A stretch of DNA of 62,513 bases, the filler included, from Choristocarpus tenellus KU-1152 (taxonomy: Eukaryota; Protista; Phaeophyceae): the NCBI GenBank assembly GCA_964200185.2. It is 13 parts of 13 records of this genome, joined end to end, with 100 filler letters (N's around TTAATTAATTAA, not from the genome) between each part and the next. Parts side by side here need not be neighbours in the genome. Positions count along the whole stretch, not along the records: positions 25,160 to 28,281 come from CAXNAD020022171.1; positions 28,382 to 34,850 come from CAXNAD020008073.1; positions 34,951 to 42,112 come from CAXNAD020006597.1; 10 more parts are not named here. One strand, given 5' to 3'. Shown here in pieces: positions 25,794 to 39,100 of this stretch; positions within the stretch are counted from its first letter, which is position 1, and each line of letters opens with the position of its first letter. Position numbers and translations under genes: made by a program. The notes beneath the pieces are model-generated. The model did no database searches, was not told the DNA's origin, and saw only the letters and a list, made by a program, of their open reading frames with translations.

Positions 25794-27146
25794 TTCACGT
25801 TTCTGTGTACACGGCTGCTCAACAATTAACAAACATATTAGACAGACTTGACCCATATGCCTAATATGGAATCATATTGATACCGTGGATGGCACCAAGC
25901 TTATTACCGTTTGTGAACTCCAGAGTTCGTCTTGTAGATTCCTGGTGTTGAAGCTGATATAGTTAAGACTTCTTTCGTCACTTCCAGAGGCACAAGTGTT
26001 TCGAAGAGGGTGTCATTTGTCATATCAAATGCTCCCTGGCAATTTCAAAGAATCATTTCATTATTAGTCTTCGCCAACTTTGGCTCACTTAATGATTTGC
26101 TCGTTTTCTCACGTGCACGATTTGATGGTTTATTCTCCCACGTGGGCTGGACATTTGCACTCCACCAAAGCAGCAGTTCAAGCCTTTACAAGCAACAGGT
26201 TATAACCTTGAAACCTTCAAAGATTCAAGTTTGCCAAATGGGATATGAAGAATGTTCGGTAAAATTTGCTGCTTTAATACTGTATATATACAGAATCCTC
26301 TTTTCCAGAACCCGCAATTGCAAGTTCCATTAGTATATTTGATCTCGAATATTTCAAATGGCAACTTCCCCCTGACTATTTGTGAGAAACAACTTGTGAA
26401 TATGGAACTGGTTACATAATTGGTGTGACCTGGGTTTGATGGAGAGAAGGATGGTGGACAATTCTGGAGCCACACGCTGGATGTATCCCTATCACCAGAG
26501 CCAACATGATGCTCTTGGGACAAAGAATATGCTTGGGCCAACCACTATGATCCGCCCGAAAGGATGTGAGATACCCTTCGCATCTCCTTTACCATTGGCA
26601 TTATCTAGTCTTTGAGTTCAGCATACTGCTGACTGGTTCAAGCTTTACCCGTCGCCCTGTATCTGAATCAACCAGATAGTCGTCATGTGAATCATGTGGT
26701 TCTGTGGCGATGTGGTTCACTCAGGCAAGGTTGACAAAGAGAATCACAACAGACAAGACAAACCAAATGGAACAAGACGAACTGTAAGTGAGAGGACGAG
26801 GTTAAGGTTGGACAAGTGCAAGAAGAGCGTAGAGTGACGAGAGGGGAGAATAGAAAATTCAGGCGGGGGGGGTATCAGAATGATCTGTCAGAGGTGTTTT
26901 TCCTCCTTTATCTCAGGATATCATGTACTATGGAGTATGTGTAAAATTGTAGTACACATATTTGTAAAGGAGACAGAGGCATTTTGCTGCTGAATCTACA
27001 CTAGAATTGATTGCAACAAAGTGTTTATATAGTGCCTTGAGCGTATTCTTGACTGATTGATATCCACATTATCTGAAAATGGCTTTGCCCAAAATTGGAG
27101 TTAATGCCGTTTCAAAATGAAGGATTTTCGGGGTACTATAGATCTA

Positions 27147-28281
27147 CTACCTCCGTGCCATTAGTCTGTGCCGCGTTGTCCATAACCTTTGAAGATGTTG
27201 ATGAAATTCATTTCTGAAAGAAGATTTGGAATCCTTGACGAATTTCTGGTTAGGGTCAGCTCTTTTTACTATTATTACTCTCCATCCATCACAATTTTAT
27301 CAGCCACACAAAGAAGCCTCCATATCTGCCTTCGGGGTGTTTCAAGCTCACCAGACAACTGCCTCTTCCTTACCCCTGTGCGATCCACACTGAAGCCATT
27401 CCCTCTTTGTATCTAAGTACTTGATTATACACCACAACAAGGAGCTGCCAAGCCCTCTCAAGTGTGGCTTCATCATACTCATCATACTGTTTCTTAATGA
27501 TCTTCACCATCTCCTCGATGGACCCAAACCGCTCCCCCATCACCCGGCATTTCAAAGACCTGAACAAGCACAGGTCCATGATATTGAGGTCGGGGAAGCT
27601 AGATGGCTCCGTGATAAGCCTAATCGACCACCCCTCAGTCTTTCCTGCCCCTGACAAGATTTCTGAGTTGCCCTTGCCTGTGTGGGGAGTGGCACCGTCT
27701 TGCTGAACGACAATGTGCTTTTCCCCCTGCTACAAGGCATCGTCTTGATTGCAGGCAGTAACTCCTCCATGTACCACTTCCTGTACCACAAATGGTCTAA
27801 GGTACAGTCCTGCTCAAATTCATCCCCTTTTTTATGGTTCTTGCTTGTCCTTTCTGCCATTTTTGGGGCACACTCACGCCAAACACCAAGCTTTCCATCA
27901 AAGCTGTGAGTCGAATTGTGCGGGCGTTGGCTGCAATGATCATGATTTTGGGGATATGACTCTTGTGCTGCACAGTAGGGAACCCTGGAAGGTCGCCATC
28001 GTCCTCATGTGGAAATATCCTAACCCTTTCCCCACCAGCCATCATGTAGAACCGGGTTTCAGCGTGTGGCCACGGGCGAGCTGATTGGTGACGTCCTCAT
28101 AGAGCCTTCACATGTAACGCTCGGACACTCCAAACTCCGCTGCAAGGGCCGGCCTAACGTGTCGCGGCAGTTTATGCTCACCAGGGATCATCGCAAGGAC
28201 TGCAAGTGCAACCCTAGTATCTAGGTACACTTGGGCACCCTGTTGAATTATCCCACACTGGACCCCCGGCTTTTGGATGGT
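27147..28281 (-). mobile_element. Defective Tc1/mariner element, plant-MLE-like (copy 2), internally deleted
   Basis: An N-terminal HTH-like stretch (RPALAAEFGVSERYM*RLY) jumps straight to FYMM...VQHKSHIPKIMIIAANA, so the first catalytic Asp (DEKW) is missing. Then AERTSKNHKKG and QQDGATPH...FPDLNIMDL. Stops and frameshifts are present. The end reads TA|CTACCTCCGT at 27145-27156. Confidence 0.9.
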
Positions 28282-28381
28282 NNNNNNNNNNNNNNNNNNN
28301 NNNNNNNNNNNNNNNNNNNNNNNNNTTAATTAATTAANNNNNNNNNNNNNNNNNNNNNNNNNNNNNNNNNNNNNNNNNNNN
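28282..28381. other. Artificial contig spacer
   Basis: 44 N + TTAATTAATTAA + 44 N. Confidence 0.98.
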
Positions 28382-30837
28382 GATAAGTCCTGTCCCCCTC
28401 CACTGCCCCCAGTTCCGGCCCCCTTCCCAGACCCTGGACTCACACGCCCCTTCCCCCCACGGCCATAGTCTAAGAGCACATCAGCTCCGGACTGCTGACA
28501 CTCATGCAGCTTCTCTGGCGAGGAGGCTGCGGCTATCACAGTCGCCCCAGCAGCCTGTATTATTATTTTTATTATTGTTTTGATTTTAAAAAAAATTAAG
28601 CCGCGGTACTTTTTTTTTGGTGCCGAATTGGTGGGATATGTAGCGTTATGCAGGTGAGACTGAGGTATGGTGTTTTCATTTAACAGAAGTGAAGAGGGAT
28701 GTGAACTGACAGCACTGGACCCGGTACCTTTGAACTTCTAACAATTAACCCTTGGTGGTACTTTCAAGTGGTAATTGTTAAGTGTGTTGAACAGAAGCAC
28801 CAGTACGATGGAGCAGGAACCGTGGACCAAAAGGGGAGCGGTTGAAAATATTTACGAGGGTTTGATCGCCACAACAGTCTCTCCTCCAGCCCTGAGAGCT
28901 ATAAAGACGATAGCAACACTGCTCGGATGATATCCACCCCAATACTAAGATTTCAAAAAAATCTCAAATTCGTATCAGGGTGACCTGTTCTATGTACTTC
29001 GAATCTCATTCAAATCTCATCGAATCTGGGCAATCCGTAACAAGATGACAAAATGTTGACAAACTAACTCACCATGGGGATATGAGAAGGAGAGGACACT
29101 GTATGAATAGCAAACAAATGACAAGAGAACGGCGATCCACGCATCACATCCAGTTCATCTTATTCATTCATCAACCTTGCCACCAATCGTTCAGGAGACA
29201 CAAACAATGACCAACTCATCCTCAGCTTCACAATGCACAAACAATGACCAACTCATCCTCAGCTTCACAATGCACAAACAATAACCAACTCATCCTAAGC
29301 TTCACAACACACCTTTGCCAGCTGAATCGCAGCTAGTCCTACTCCTCCTGAAGCCCCAAGTACCAGTACCAGATCACTAGGAGAAACGCCAGCCCGTACC
29401 TGGGATGACAGCCATTGTTAGCCCTCGTGTTTGTGTATATCTGTATTAGAAGGCGGTTGTAATTTCTTGAAGGAGTGTAGATGTTCTTGCATATCTGAGA
29501 ACACACCCTGTGAATACTAGTGTGTATGTGTAAAAATACGGGTATGTATGCTTTCCTTCTCGGTCAAGTTCGATCTTCCATGAACACCTAGTATTTTGGT
29601 ATTCAAATGGTAAAAAAAAAAAGAGTTCTTTCTCCCTTCCCAGAGAAGTCAATCTCTCAAACCTTGCAGTGCTACCTCAGTAAAATTGTATTCCCGTCAA
29701 TGGTCATTGTAAGGTGCCAATGTAGTGCCAAAATCTAGATGAACACATTTACAACGTGAGCCATCACTGAGAAAGATGCACCCTTTCTAGCACATACCCT
29801 TTCTCCCCAAACACAAATGACCCCTCTCCCCCCCAGACTCAAACCTTACATTCGGTACGCACTCCAATCGTCTCATCTGAACCCCCTTCTAGACATGAGC
29901 GAACTAATCCATGCCAATGATTTTGCATTACTATGATTTTGAATGCCAAAATGTTTGCAGCTTCACCGATGGGGATGGTGCCGCCAGAATGACCACAACT
30001 GTAGGAATAAACTTCCTCATTTTTTTACCCTGCAGCGGCCTGGTCGTCGCACAACGTCATTGCCCCTCAAAAACATTTTTGGACTGTCAAAGATCATGAG
30101 CAGACCCACCCGCAGTGCGTAATCCGCAGTCCCATAGGCAACGAAAAATGAAGATCCAGTTTGAAAATCCATCCCCTCAGGAAGTGGTGACACCTTGCCC
30201 TCGGCCACAACTAAATTTGTTGAGCATCCGCCGTACCCTGTGAATGCCACTACACGATCACCAAGGCTGAACCTGCAACATGGTGCAAAGAGGGTAGACT
30301 GGACATGTGGACACGAGGAGTCCAAGCACAGAAATCTTATCACTCGGAAGCTGCAGTACTCAGTATAAACCCTCTTGCCCTCTTGACCCTCATGTAGGAC
30401 TATTCACCAACCTGCTTGTACCTTCCCCCAATCCGCTGATGATACCAGCGACTTCGCCCCCTGGAGCAAATGGCAAGGGAGGGCGAACCTGATACTTGCC
30501 CTGAGAAGAGGTGTCAAGGGTCCAAGTATTCAAGGGTCAAACCACCTCCTGAAGTCACATGTCAAGGTATAGTACAGTAGACACCCTGCCAGACTTGGCG
30601 GTAGATGCAATTGGTCCAAGAGTGCCCCCAATTTCAACCACAATGTTAGTTCTCCACACTGAGTGTGTTAGGAATAGGTGGGATACTCGCCTGAACCATC
30701 AAGAGGTCTGGAAAGTTGATGCCGCACGCAAACACGGCAATTGCCACCTGACCACGGCCCGGAGTGGGAATGCTGAGTCCATCCTCGATGATAAGTGAAG
30801 ATGGAAGACCCCAGTCACGGCAAAGGCACGACCTCAT
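28382..30837 (-). CDS. NADPH:quinone oxidoreductase (zeta-crystallin/QOR-like, MDR superfamily), 5' five exons
   Basis: Exons 30837-30691, 30500-30412, 30272-30110, 29399-29313 and 28554 to the contig edge, all phase-consistent. Motifs: GINFPDLLMVQGKYQVRPPLPFAPGGEVAG, GDRVVA, AYGTA, and Rossmann VLVLGASGGVGLAAIQLAK-AAGATVIAAASSPEKL. Confidence 0.93.
29199..29307. repeat. Tandem repeat, 37-bp unit x3, at intron 5' end
   Basis: CACAAACAATGACCAACTCATCCTCAGCTTCACAATG. Confidence 0.92.
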
Positions 30838-31262
30838 GACAATAACCAGTCTTCACTACAATTTAGTGATTATTGATTCAGGCCAGTCGTCTATAACTTG
30901 TTCATGTTGTCCAAATATTGGTTCGTAGTCCAAAGGTCTTCTAACCTGGTGACCGTTGACTCAACACTATACTATCTACAGTTTACTACGTTACTGCTAC
31001 AAGCACCGAAGCAGCAAGTCAGTGCAAAACGCCAAGGGGCTCAAGATCCAGACTGGAGAATAAAGACCACACTTAGCGGAGTTAACAGAAGTGAGGTGCA
31101 ACTTCACACTTCAAACTTTTTGAACACTCAGCAATCAATACTTCACTATTGAATTCGAAGAAACCAACCAATTTACAGCGGGTCAAAGAAGGTATCGAAA
31201 TAAAAATAATACAGTGGATATATTTTTTCCCAATTGTTCCTTCTCTATATATTCTATTGATA

Positions 31263-31328
31263 GGATGTGGAATGTGGAATGTGGAATGTGGAATGTGGAA
31301 TGTGGAATGTGGAATGTGGAATGTGGAT
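31263..31328. repeat. (GGAATGT)n heptamer microsatellite
   Basis: About 9 direct units. Confidence 0.93.
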
Positions 31329-31484
31329 GATTGAATATAAGAAACGAAAAAAAAAAGGGCATATGTTCACAACTGTTATCAAGCCTGTGAGAGGATCGAC
31401 ATATATCCCACATCCCATACTCCAATACACATAGACGAATCAGCAACAGAGACAAAGTCACCCAAGGAAAATCAGAGAGTGTCT

Positions 31485-31632
31485 ATGCAAGTGATGGGTC
31501 TTCTTCATACTCTCCTTTTCGTGATTTTAGCCACGGCTTCAGCGTCCGAGGGGCCGTCTGATGGGTACGGAACACTCCGGTACATGGAGCATGTTCATCA
31601 GGGGAGGGTCGACCAGGATGATAATTTATTCG
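31485..31632 (+). CDS. Possible first exon of a secreted protein
   Basis: MQVMGLLHTLLFVILATASA-SE looks like a signal peptide and is followed by a G|GTGAGC donor. Downstream exons could not be resolved. Confidence 0.3.
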
Positions 31633-34600
31633 GTGAGCTACGTCAAATCTTTATGATTTAGAATTTGATCCTAGGTACGTCTTCTTGTAAGCCCTTGGAG
31701 AGCAATCGTTCAGTAATGTGCGCAATTGAAGGATTTATGATTCTGTCATCATTCCAACTGGTCATCTCAGACATTACCCGAATTTCTCTCACCATTCCCA
31801 AAATCTAGCTTCCGTAATCTTCCGCACCCCCATGTTCTTTGCGAGGAAGATGTGTTGATTGGCCAAAGTCGATCAAAGAAGTTCCTGGCGAAGCCTATGA
31901 CGTTTGTCCTCTTAAGTCTCACCCTTCGTTGTACTGGTCCCTCTCGAACTTCGAATGAATGCAGTGTCCAAACGAGCGTGGGTAGAAGATCGGGCATGCG
32001 AACGCCTGCACACGACTCCGCACCTGAAGCTTCCCCGTGCGTGGTCAATGGATAGCTTGGCAGATGTGACCGAAGGGTTCTGGTCGGCGGAGGTAGCCGC
32101 AGTGGCATGCTGATTGTGATAGGGCATTTTCAAGTCAGGCACTAAAGTGTGAACGGTTCTCTTGTCAACCTTCAGGTTTCTACCCCCTCGTACCTGCTTG
32201 ACTTCCCCTCACCCCCCAAAGATGGTGAAAGTTCTACAGATACGAAGATTTGGTAAGTGGGGGAGTTCTGAAGAGATTAATGTCCCCAAGGGGTAACAAT
32301 AATGCAACCACAAATAGTTAAATATACTGTGTGCATTGACTTCGTGAAAGATTGCATAATGGAGTTGTTATTTTCGTTTTGTCATCCGTTGAGCCATTTT
32401 CGATGTTTGTATGTAGATAATGAAAATATTTTTGGCAACTTCGGGACCTCGTAGAATGTACGCTTACGCAAGAGGGTGTTTAGTCTGTCAAAGTCACCCA
32501 GTTCTAGTGATGACAAATTCGCGGACCAGAAATCCGCCTTGAGATAGGGATTGTTGAGAGGGAACTTGCTGATGTGTTACCTTGTCGGGTTTAGATTTGC
32601 CCCTGTGACGTGTGTAAGTAGGTGGGAGGAGGGGATGAGAATAATGGCAAAGTACGAAAGAAACCACTATTGAATGGTGGATCCTATGCGTCTAAATGTG
32701 TTGTGTATGCTAGGACCAGGAGTGTTGATATGAGTTCATTCAGTAAAAAGAGAGGAAAAGACAAGTGGAGTGTTTAATGTAATTTTAAACAAAAAAATGC
32801 TTATCCCTCATTATTGCAGTGGGACATCTACTTCAGCTTTCATGCTGTCAATGCGCCATTTATTATCAACATGACCTTTTGCATCTGCTGTGCAAAACCT
32901 TTTATGTACATTATGACTCCATGACACGCATTTTTCTCCAGACTTTGCAAAAGTGATGAGGCGATGTCTTGACTTCTGCCAACACATGTTTGTGGCTTGT
33001 ACTACACGATATATCTACATTTTATGCCTAGGTCACTCCTTTCCCAACACCATCAGCAGCAGTGACCTCAGGGTACAAATTGTCAACTTCAGGACCAATT
33101 CACCATTGGTTCACATGTTACTACTTGAATTGATTGTGTTAAGTTGGAGGAAAGATGAAGCACTATTTCTGTCCAGTTGTGTGTGAAGTTGAAGCAGGTT
33201 ATCTATGGATGATCTGTGTTTAGACTATACAAACTGGTGTAAAGGAAAAAATTATATATTCTGGAGCAAAACTCTTGCCCAAGCTTTTTATTTTGGAGTG
33301 GTAGGTGGGTACCCATGACCTTAACCTTCAATGAAGAAAAAACAGATCAGCTGTTTGGTGGAAGAATTATCTCAAAATACAAAACTGCCCTGAAAATGAT
33401 CTGTGTTCAAACATAGGTTATGCTGTAAGGTTGTCTCCATTTGCAGACCCTTTAGTGCCGTCAAAAGGGAGGTACTGGTAAGAGAATCTCAGAACCAGTA
33501 GTTTGAAAGGAAAACCTCTTTAGATTAGACTCATCCATAAGTCATAATACATGCAAACTTTTTGATGAGCAGACACCTTCCACTTTGTTGATGACGTTTT
33601 GACTGGGAATGATAATGATTTCTTGGGGAATTCGGACTGACCTCTACTCTCTAGCTTCATATCTATAGATGACCACAAAGAGACCATGTTTGAGTGTCCA
33701 CCTTTGTCCAAAACTCACATGCAATAATAGTACATCTTGACACCCATAAAGGTATTAAAAACCCAGCAGTATTTTTTAATATATTTTTATACATGTTACA
33801 ACCATATGGATAGCGGAAGGTATACAACTCATTGGTCACAAACAAGCTGATGTATAAACAAAATCTGCTTTGACATTATGCAACATGCAATTACATACAA
33901 AGGCGAACTTGTCCATAGAACATAGCCCCCCCTTCCCCTCCCTCACACAAATGTTTCCATATTCTCTTATTTTAACTGAAATGAGGCTGTATCCAAGCGC
34001 AAACTCATCAAATATTTCTTCTCTCTACAAGGGTGCATGCAAATCCCAGTCAACCTCCTTGCACACATGGTTGAATTGCATCCACCCCAAACAAGCACCT
34101 GGTCTTTTTCACAATAGAGCTCAAAGAGGCACGGGTATGCAACTCACAGGAGGCCAGCTGGAGCTTCCACCAAAGTTTCTATTCTCCTCACTCCCCAAAA
34201 ATGGCACTATACAAGCCCCCCAAAACCTAACATATAGAAGGTAAGAGTTGCACACAAGTAACACAAAGTCACACACACCACAGTAGCTAATAAACACTTT
34301 GTGCACCATCAAAGACAGAAGCAGGCCAAGGTCATTGGATCTTGACATACACAGGGCGAGAGAAAAAAAAAAAATCCAATGGAAGAGGGAAGGCAGGTGG
34401 TACAAAACAGGACACAAGTGGATACTGACTGAAACAATTGATTGGTGAGATGCCTGCCACATTCAGATGAATTGATAAATTGATTCAATGCCTCAGAGAG
34501 GAGGAAGCTGAAGCAAAGACTCCTTCATTATGGCCTCAACACAAAATGTGCTCCAACAATCCACCATGCCACACACAACCATGACATATTACTGTAGTTT

Positions 34601-34850
34601 CTTATCTCAAGGGGAGGCGGACCCACACTCAGCCCCAGGGTACCACCACAGAGTCGTATCTAAACTCTGCTACAAGGTTTAAACACGGAGGTTTCATCCC
34701 TTCTGACCAACAGCCCTAAGCTCCAGCAAATCGTATCATACTGTCTTATCAGCTGCTACACAAGCTGCGTCTCCTTGGGGTGCATGGCGAATTCATCCTC
34801 ACCCCCACTATGGCGGTTTCCTGGTGGACACATGAATGGCACCCGTGCAG

Positions 34851-34950
34851 NNNNNNNNNNNNNNNNNNNNNNNNNNNNNNNNNNNNNNNNNNNNTTAATT
34901 AATTAANNNNNNNNNNNNNNNNNNNNNNNNNNNNNNNNNNNNNNNNNNNN
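34851..34950. other. Artificial contig spacer
   Basis: 44 N + TTAATTAATTAA + 44 N. Confidence 0.98.
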
Positions 34951-36148
34951 GCCTTGGCCTTATCGTCCCGAACAAAAAACGTTTTGCTATTTTGTAGGCA
35001 TGGCTCTTACTATCCTCCTCGACAGGGGACGGGGAACGTAGAGAAAATACGATCTCAATGACTACGATAGAGTGGCTAGGGTTGTCCTTCGAAGTTGGCA
35101 GATCATCCATGCGCAAACGTGCGCTAAAAAATCTAATTTCTGGATGGCTTCACTACAAGTGACTAGCCTAAATCTGGAGCTGTACGTAATAGTTTTGAGG
35201 TTTGTTTCATGGTTATTTCATGAATGTATGTATTTTCTCACTAGTGCTCCAAATGGGTTCATTCTACCATGATATCAACACATTTTGGAAAGCTGTGGAT
35301 AGGTGCAAAGGTGTACGATGGTACAGAGTATAATAAAATACGTTGAGCGTGAAACAAAATCGTGTTCTTCCCAACCTTGCGGTCTGTCTCGTGCACACGT
35401 CAGTCATCACTGACAATAGTTTACGAATACGACAGCCACCTCCACAACTCCAGAAGAGAATCTGAAATATGTCGCAAGGAATCTATTACCATCTGCTTTC
35501 AAACGTGTATTGTATAGTGGTGGAAGTGTAGACCCGTAACGTTCGCACATGAAAATGACAATAGCATAATGTATGTTGTAGAGGAAGTGCCCCTGAGCAT
35601 CGTCCTGACATCAGGTGTTTCAGGTTAAATTTTACCGAGTGTTCCAGGGTTGGAGTCGATCGATAAAAGTTGTGCGAGGTTTTGACATTTTTGTACTGCG
35701 ACGTAGCATTTTATTTCGTGCAAACCTGATGAACGAACACAAGCGATCACTCACTATTGACAATCGCATGTTGATTGGACTTTAACGAAGCTGAATATCA
35801 TTTAACCACAAAGGATCATGTACATCATCATTTCTTCTGACACGCACACACCTCTAGCAATGTAGGAACAAAAACAATATTAGCACCACAAACAAAAAAG
35901 AAATTAAAGTATAATATTTTTCGCACACTTGGTCTGTACATTGGTGCTCCTCCGTATTGTTCCTCCCAACCCTACCCACACACCGAAAAATAAACAGCTC
36001 AATTAGGTATTTAATGAAAAATCTAGTACTAATAAAGTGGTCCCGAACTGTCTCAGCATTACACGCACGATCAGCACAGCACGGAACCTTCATCCCCTTG
36101 AGTCATACAGTTGGGGGCATATCTCTCCCCAAAATCTTGCAATGCCGC

Positions 36149-39100
36149 TCAGAGTTCTGCCTCACAGATAGACATAGCAAGGCGTAAAGTTTTTCCATCT
36201 GTAGCCGCATACATCCTGCTGGGTGGGGTTGGATAGGCTTCCATCTGTTCCCTTCCGATATTCCTGCTGTAGAAAGGGGCTGGAGTCTGACATCTGGGGG
36301 GTAGGTAGACATAGTGTGGTGGGGACAAGAGAGCAGATACATCCTCATAGTACATCCTCGACTCTTACGTCTAGAATCTTTGCATTGTATACTGTGAAAT
36401 AATCTTTGTCTCCTACCACTATAGTACTCTTATGTGGGACCCTATTGATTATGCTGCATGCACCTGATATACTTGTGATGTTTACGACCATGCAGGCATT
36501 TTCAATGTATCGAAGACCATCAAGTACTAAATGTGTCTTACCTGATAACTCGTGTTGTCTAGCCATCACAAAACATACCATAAGGCAACAAGGACAAAGT
36601 GCACCAGTGAATTTGTTTGTTTGTTTGAAAGTGCACCTCCATCAAGTTTTGCTATCCACCACCTACCGCAAGACGTATTCGCTTCTGTCAGGCCGGGGCA
36701 TCATCATCGCCTTCAACACATCTTCCTCTTCATCAACAACAGAACTGCATCATCCGTTTTGTCGCCCACAACATCACAGAGGGGTGTGTATAGCGTGGCA
36801 GGTGAGGGACAAACGAAAAGATTACAAAAATCAACATGGACAAACTGCACGGAAAGCTCTAAACAAGATCGCACTACAAAGGTCCTGCGTTGTTGTAGAC
36901 TGCACGAGACGTTGCTCACATTGCTGCTCATCACAAAGGAGGTTGTTTCAACTTTTGAAAATCATACTAGTAGTAGTAGACAAAGATCAATAAAACAAAA
37001 GAGCTCCTGAAATCGTCTTATCCAGTGACGCTCGACTCCCCTAGTGGTACACAAGCATTATACGACCATTCCATTCAGGCATCTCACATGATGGACAGCT
37101 CGACTCTAATCACACTGAATTAGGGGAACACCTTCTCCTGCTTCTCTTATTGTTTTATCACCTTGGGTAGTTCGCATGAATTTCCGTGTCACCTTGGCAA
37201 TCTCCTAGCCGGTGTGAGTGGAAAAGGTCCCGAAGAGCCTTCTTTTGCTGAAACTGCTCAACCTCCACGGTTGCATCCTCTGCACAGCACAGGATAGCAT
37301 TCACTAGATCCTTCTGAAGGTGGGAAAAACGGAAAGGGGGAATCCATCAAGGCAGTGCAAACTCTTTGGGGGAACAGACAGGTGGAGGTGGAGGCTGTGG
37401 AGCATGTAGTCGTTTAGCTATTCTTGGACTGTCCACTTGGTACAACTACGAACTAGTGCTCAGAGTAAGGGCACAAGACATAAGCAACTACGAACACCTG
37501 CACTGCTTGAAAACAATTCACTCCATGATCTCTTGCCAATGCTTCGTATACTCTCTATACAAACCTTTAAAGTATTGGGGGGTGGGAGGGGGGGATGGAA
37601 TGTAACACTATACAAATATTTGCTCCTTCTGTTTCAGCATATGTTTGCCCATTATTCTTGTGGCTTACTGTGTGAGGTGTCATATATTTTCACTTCAATA
37701 ACCTACATCAAAAGGACCCTGGGCAAAGGACCTCGCCAAGCACAGCCATGCACAGGATAACTAACAAGACAGCCCATGACCACACTCAGGGATAGATACT
37801 GCTGATGTCCTTTAAAACATAGCAACACACACAAAGAGCAAACCCCAGGAAGGGTCTCAAACGATTGATGATCCACAAGAGAGATGTGCTCAAAACAAAA
37901 CTGATTAAACAGTGACAGCCTCTGCAGGTCTCGCTACTGGGCTTTGAAATCCTTGCCTGCCCTGGGAGTTTATCGAGAAGTGATTTGGCCTTGGCAATAG
38001 CAACTTCTGCATGATGCACTCCAACACAGGCAGCTGCTGACAACAAGATCGGTGACATGTGTGTTGACCTTACACGTTTTTATTTATTGGTTTAGTGGGT
38101 GGGGGGTGAGTTAAGGGAAAGTGGAAGGGTACAACATGACTGAAAAGGTACAGTCTGTTCAACAGTACCGTTCACGAGGCATGTAAATGTTATCTAAACA
38201 TATGTATCAACGGACATAACAACAACTGACTACAACGTCCAGAGATTAGTCAAGCAACTTCCTTGGATAGTAATGCCAACCCTTTACTACGATAAATAAT
38301 AGTTTTGAATTTTCTTGATTAGTCAATAATAAGTGATTGGATTCCATTATAGAATGGGTCAAAGTATCTGGGGGGGGGTTGCGACTGTCCGTTTGGGGTC
38401 AATTTTTTCATGTTGCCATTTTTGGGTGATTGGGTTGCATACGCCTAATGGATAATGTAAATTCACCATTCTTGATTTTGACCCAAATGGACACCCTGAT
38501 ATAGACCCCCCCCCCCTTCCACAGATACTTTGGGTCAGATTTGCCAAATGGCATTACTACATCTCTGTATATTTTCCTATGGTAACAAGATGCCTGTAAA
38601 AGATTAAGATTTTGTCAATATGATAACTATTCTTCAAACTCCTTACGTTCATTTTTCTTCAACTGCAGGATTTGTATCAGCTATAGTATGTAGTAACAGT
38701 TCAGATCACTGCTGCGCTACTCCAAAGCAACAATTGTAACTATGTTGTATACTCGGAAGGGGTTCATTGTAAGTGACACAGCCCCTGTCGTTGCATTCAT
38801 TATATATTTTTTCTGAGATTATTTTCCTCCCTTCCAAAAACAGTCACCGAAAAATTTCAAAAAAACAAAGGAAATAGTAACATGGAGAGAGACGGCGTGG
38901 GGGAGATTAGTGTACACAAAAGGGTATTAGTGTAAACAAAAGGGAGCAGCCACATAAACATCAGGCTCAAAGTATCTGGGGGGAAGGGGGGCTTACACCA
39001 AGGTGTCCATTTGGTCCCTCACCAGGATAAGTGCACTTACATTATCCATCCGATACATGCAACCAAATGACCCAGAAATCGCGATATGGAAAAATGTTCC

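Noticed and set aside
36369-36441. Phase-compatible extra exon (VPHKSTIVVGDKDYF...) in RAB3GAP1
   Set aside because: Including it would shift the last exon out of the conserved SRMY...RLA frame.
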